The notes below the pieces were generated by a model. It had not been told where the DNA came from and did not search any database. It saw only the letters and a program-made list of their open reading frames with translations. A stretch of DNA of 59,797 bases from an uncultured Candidatus Saccharibacteria bacterium (lineage in GTDB: Bacteria > Patescibacteriota > Saccharimonadia > CAILAD01 > BJGX01), in NCBI GenBank assembly GCA_964390265.1, contig CAYMHI010000005.1, forward strand, positions 1 through 59,797. The letters are read 5' to 3'. A program made the position numbers and the translations under genes. Below are positions 57,626-59,797 of the stretch, piece after piece (position 1 is the stretch's first letter; every line of letters starts with the position of its first letter).

Positions 57626-57678
57626 TTGACATCCGCTGGCCAGCTATGGTACACTATTTTTCAAGAGGGTAGTAAATT

Positions 57679-58044
57679 ATGAATGGTAAGAACCTTCAAG
57701 AATTGATAAAAAATTTGCAAGTCTTTTACAAGTGTCCTTCATGCGGTTCACAATATAAGCATGAAGATATTACTTTTTTGGGGCGAATAGATGAACATTG
57801 CTTTATGCAACTCAGTTGCACCACATGTTCGTTGCCAATACTGGCAACAGTGCTGCTAAGTGGTCAGCTCAAGCCCAAATCAACAAAAACCCAGAAGTAT
57901 TATGGCAGTAATGTTCGTAAAAACGATTTGGCTAGGGGCGAAAGGCAGAGATTTTCTACATATTCTGCCATAAGCTCCAAAGAAGTAGCTGAGCTACACC
58001 TTTATCTTACCAGTCACAAAACTGACCTCAACACTCATTTTTAA
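57679..58044 (+). CDS. Hypothetical zinc-ribbon protein
   Basis: CPSC...CTTC; compactly placed upstream of rplY. Confidence 0.7.
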   Translation: MNGKNLQELIKNLQVFYKCPSCGSQYKHEDITFLGRIDEHCFMQLSCTTCSLPILATVLLSGQLKPKSTKTQKYYGSNVRKNDLARGERQRFSTYSAISSKEVAELHLYLTSHKTDLNTHF

Positions 58045-58063
58045 TAGGCAATTCTAAAATATT

Positions 58064-58780
58064 ATGGATAAAACAACCCTTATTGGCCAGACACGTGATG
58101 TGTTTGGTAAAAAATTATCTGCTCAGCGCAAATCTGGTAATCTACCAGCTATTGTGTATGGTCAAGACAAAGAAAACGAACCAATCTTCTTAAACGCTCA
58201 CGAGTTTGGTCGAATTTTTGCCGCTGCTGGTCACAATACCATACTTGATCTAAAGATAGATCAAGACAAATCTGCCAATGTACTTATACAGGATGTTGAG
58301 CACAACCCAGTAACCGGCGATCTTACTCATGCCGATCTTTATAGAGTTAATATGAGCCAATCTATTCGCACCACCGTACCTCTAAGCTTTACGGGCGATG
58401 CTCCTGCCGTTTATCAGCTTGAGGGCACATTACTAACCAATATAGAAGAAGTAGAGGTAGAAACGCTCCCAGCTAAGCTCCCGGCTAGTATAGAGGTAGA
58501 TATTAGCGGGCTTGATGACTTTGAAAAATCTATTCACGTTCGCGACTTGGTTATACCAGAAGGCGTAGAAATATTTATAGATGGCGAAGAGCTTGTCGCC
58601 AAGGTAGAGGCACCACGCTCACAAGAAGAAATAGATGCACTCGATGAAGATATCGTAGAAGAAATACCTGCCGAAGAAGGTGAGGAGGGGGCTGAAGGCG
58701 CCGAGGGCGAAGCTACCGAAGGTGGCGAAACTAAGCCTGCTGACGACGAGGCATCAAAAGAAGCTGGCAAAAAAGACTAG
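58064..58780 (+). CDS. rplY: 50S ribosomal protein L25 (Ctc-type, with C-terminal domain)
   Basis: R..G.LPAIVYG, LIQDV..NPVTG...HAD.YRV, VP..F.G.APAV, LP..IEVDIS.L, plus an acidic tail. Confidence 0.95.
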   Translation: MDKTTLIGQTRDVFGKKLSAQRKSGNLPAIVYGQDKENEPIFLNAHEFGRIFAAAGHNTILDLKIDQDKSANVLIQDVEHNPVTGDLTHADLYRVNMSQSIRTTVPLSFTGDAPAVYQLEGTLLTNIEEVEVETLPAKLPASIEVDISGLDDFEKSIHVRDLVIPEGVEIFIDGEELVAKVEAPRSQEEIDALDEDIVEEIPAEEGEEGAEGAEGEATEGGETKPADDEASKEAGKKD

Positions 58781-58802
58781 TAATAAAGCTAATACCAAAA
58801 TT

Positions 58803-58835
58803 AAACACCCTCCTAGAACAATCGAGGGTGTTTTT
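58803..58835. terminator. Bidirectional terminator between rplY and the convergent ORFan
   Basis: AAACACCCTC-CTAGAACAATC-GAGGGTGTTTTT. Confidence 0.75.
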
Positions 58836-58866
58836 GTATATATACAAAATAAAAACTCCTAAATTC

Positions 58867-59421
58867 TTAGGAGTTGAGCAATTCTATAGTTGCTTGGGGC
58901 ATTGGGTATAGAGGAAGGCCGTGCGATCCGGTATTACCTAGCCACAGGCTGTTGGCATAGACGATGCAGTTTCCTTTTTCGTCTCGCTCTTGAATCAAAT
59001 GGGCGTTTCTTACCACCTTATTGGGTGGGCAGGCTATTACATACCACAGGTCAGATTCTTGGCCAATTTCGTCTACGGCGTTTTCACCAGTTACCTCGCC
59101 AATCACGAGCACCCTATCTGCATAATCCAACTTATGAAATGCAGATATGTATCCGCCAGGATATCTTGCGAAACGCTTAGGATCTAACTCGAGCGGCCAG
59201 CCATCAGTAACGGCCCAATCCTTACCGCCACGCTTGGGGGCGGGGTTGAGCGGTAGGTAACATGGTCTACCGCAACCCTCAAAGTAGTAAAAATTCGGCG
59301 TTGCATAGAATGGTTCACCGCGTATCATACTAGATATATCGAAGAATCCAGGTCTAGTTCCATGTCGTCTTCGACATCTCTGATAGAAACGCCCAAGTTT
59401 GCGTTTTAGGAGCCTCAACAT
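58867..59421 (-). CDS. Hypothetical protein (about 184 aa, ORFan cassette)
   Basis: ATG at 59421 after AAGGAAG; promoter TTGATT-17-TATAAT at 59493-59465. Confidence 0.65.
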   Translation of the reverse strand: MLRLLKRKLGRFYQRCRRRHGTRPGFFDISSMIRGEPFYATPNFYYFEGCGRPCYLPLNPAPKRGGKDWAVTDGWPLELDPKRFARYPGGYISAFHKLDYADRVLVIGEVTGENAVDEIGQESDLWYVIACPPNKVVRNAHLIQERDEKGNCIVYANSLWLGNTGSHGLPLYPMPQATIELLNS

Positions 59422-59797
59422 TTTCACCACTTCCTTGTAGTTTTGGGTGGTAGTTGACGAACAAATTATACATTTATTAGTAACATTAATCAACATAATC
59501 TTATGTAATAGCTAATGAATTAACAAAATACACTACTAAGGGTAAAATAATAATTAGCCTAATAGTAGGCATAATATGCATATTGAACAAATATACATAA
59601 TGAATAAATAATTAGAACTAATAGAAATGTTTATAGCCTCTCAATAAAAGCAAACCTAGTTAGTTTTTAGTCTTCATGCCATTTTAATACACACAGATTC
59701 AATATAAGACTCTTCGCGCTATGAGTCCTATACTATGATCTTTTAGTTCTACTTAGTTAGTCCTTACTTCTACTTAGTATTAATCTAAAAAATATCA

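Noticed and set aside
552-59187. Numerous antisense or nested ORFs in the track (e.g. 552-866, 6488-6790, 11896-12312, 23851-24306, 53346-53813)
   Set aside because: They are shadows of well-supported genes on the other strand or in another frame, with no motifs or expression signals.
1-59797. CRISPR array, rRNA, IS/transposase, prophage or diversity-generating retroelement
   Set aside because: I saw no regularly spaced direct repeats, no rRNA-like tracts, and no DDE/HUH transposase, phage structural or reverse transcriptase motifs.
1-59797. TGA recoding (genetic code 25, as in Gracilibacteria/Absconditabacteria)
   Set aside because: Conserved genes are intact under code 11, and udg and pilM end at TGA at their expected C-termini.
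59500-59797. AT-rich end of the window as a replication origin
   Set aside because: No DnaA boxes (TTATCCACA-like) are visible. There is only a short TTCTACTTAGT duplication, and the region is cut by the window edge.

Overview
Chromosomal window of a small-genome bacterium using genetic code 11, most likely Patescibacteria/CPR and Saccharimonadia-like. This taxonomy is inferred from a type IV pilus locus with no pilQ, GDTLIEV-type minor pilins, a CPR-style giant adhesin and compact housekeeping genes. The core backbone is pnp (3' end), udg, rnj, an ABC exporter, ftsK-rodZ, yajQ, recA-recX, rpsF-ssb-rpsR-efp, ychF, a complete pil cluster, a XerC/D recombinase, mnmG, dedA, an M16 peptidase, ndk, prsA, a GT2/WecA-like operon, rplY and three tRNAs (Arg-CCT, Asp-GTC, Thr-CGT). 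There is no CRISPR array, rRNA or transposase. Three things stand out. (1) About 15 short ORFan genes are each packaged as a self-contained unit: a near-consensus sigma70 promoter, a strong SD, often a TTG/GTG start, a GC-richer ORF and a long 3' hairpin. Unrelated ORFs share 5' or 3' modules (a 37/42-nt identical leader and two pairs of homologous 3' hairpins), which suggests a modular cassette-shuffling system. (2) A surface-protein block upstream of pilM holds an Rpf-like lytic transglycosylase, a PrsA/SurA foldase fused to a giant pilus-adhesin-like protein, and a truncated paralogue of that foldase part. (3) Candidate cis-regulatory elements: a classical attenuator layout, a recurrent CTTATGCT promoter motif, direct-repeat SOS-like boxes at recA, an rpsF leader and REP-like palindromes. 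All calls are by-eye motif recognition; no searches or folding programs were run.
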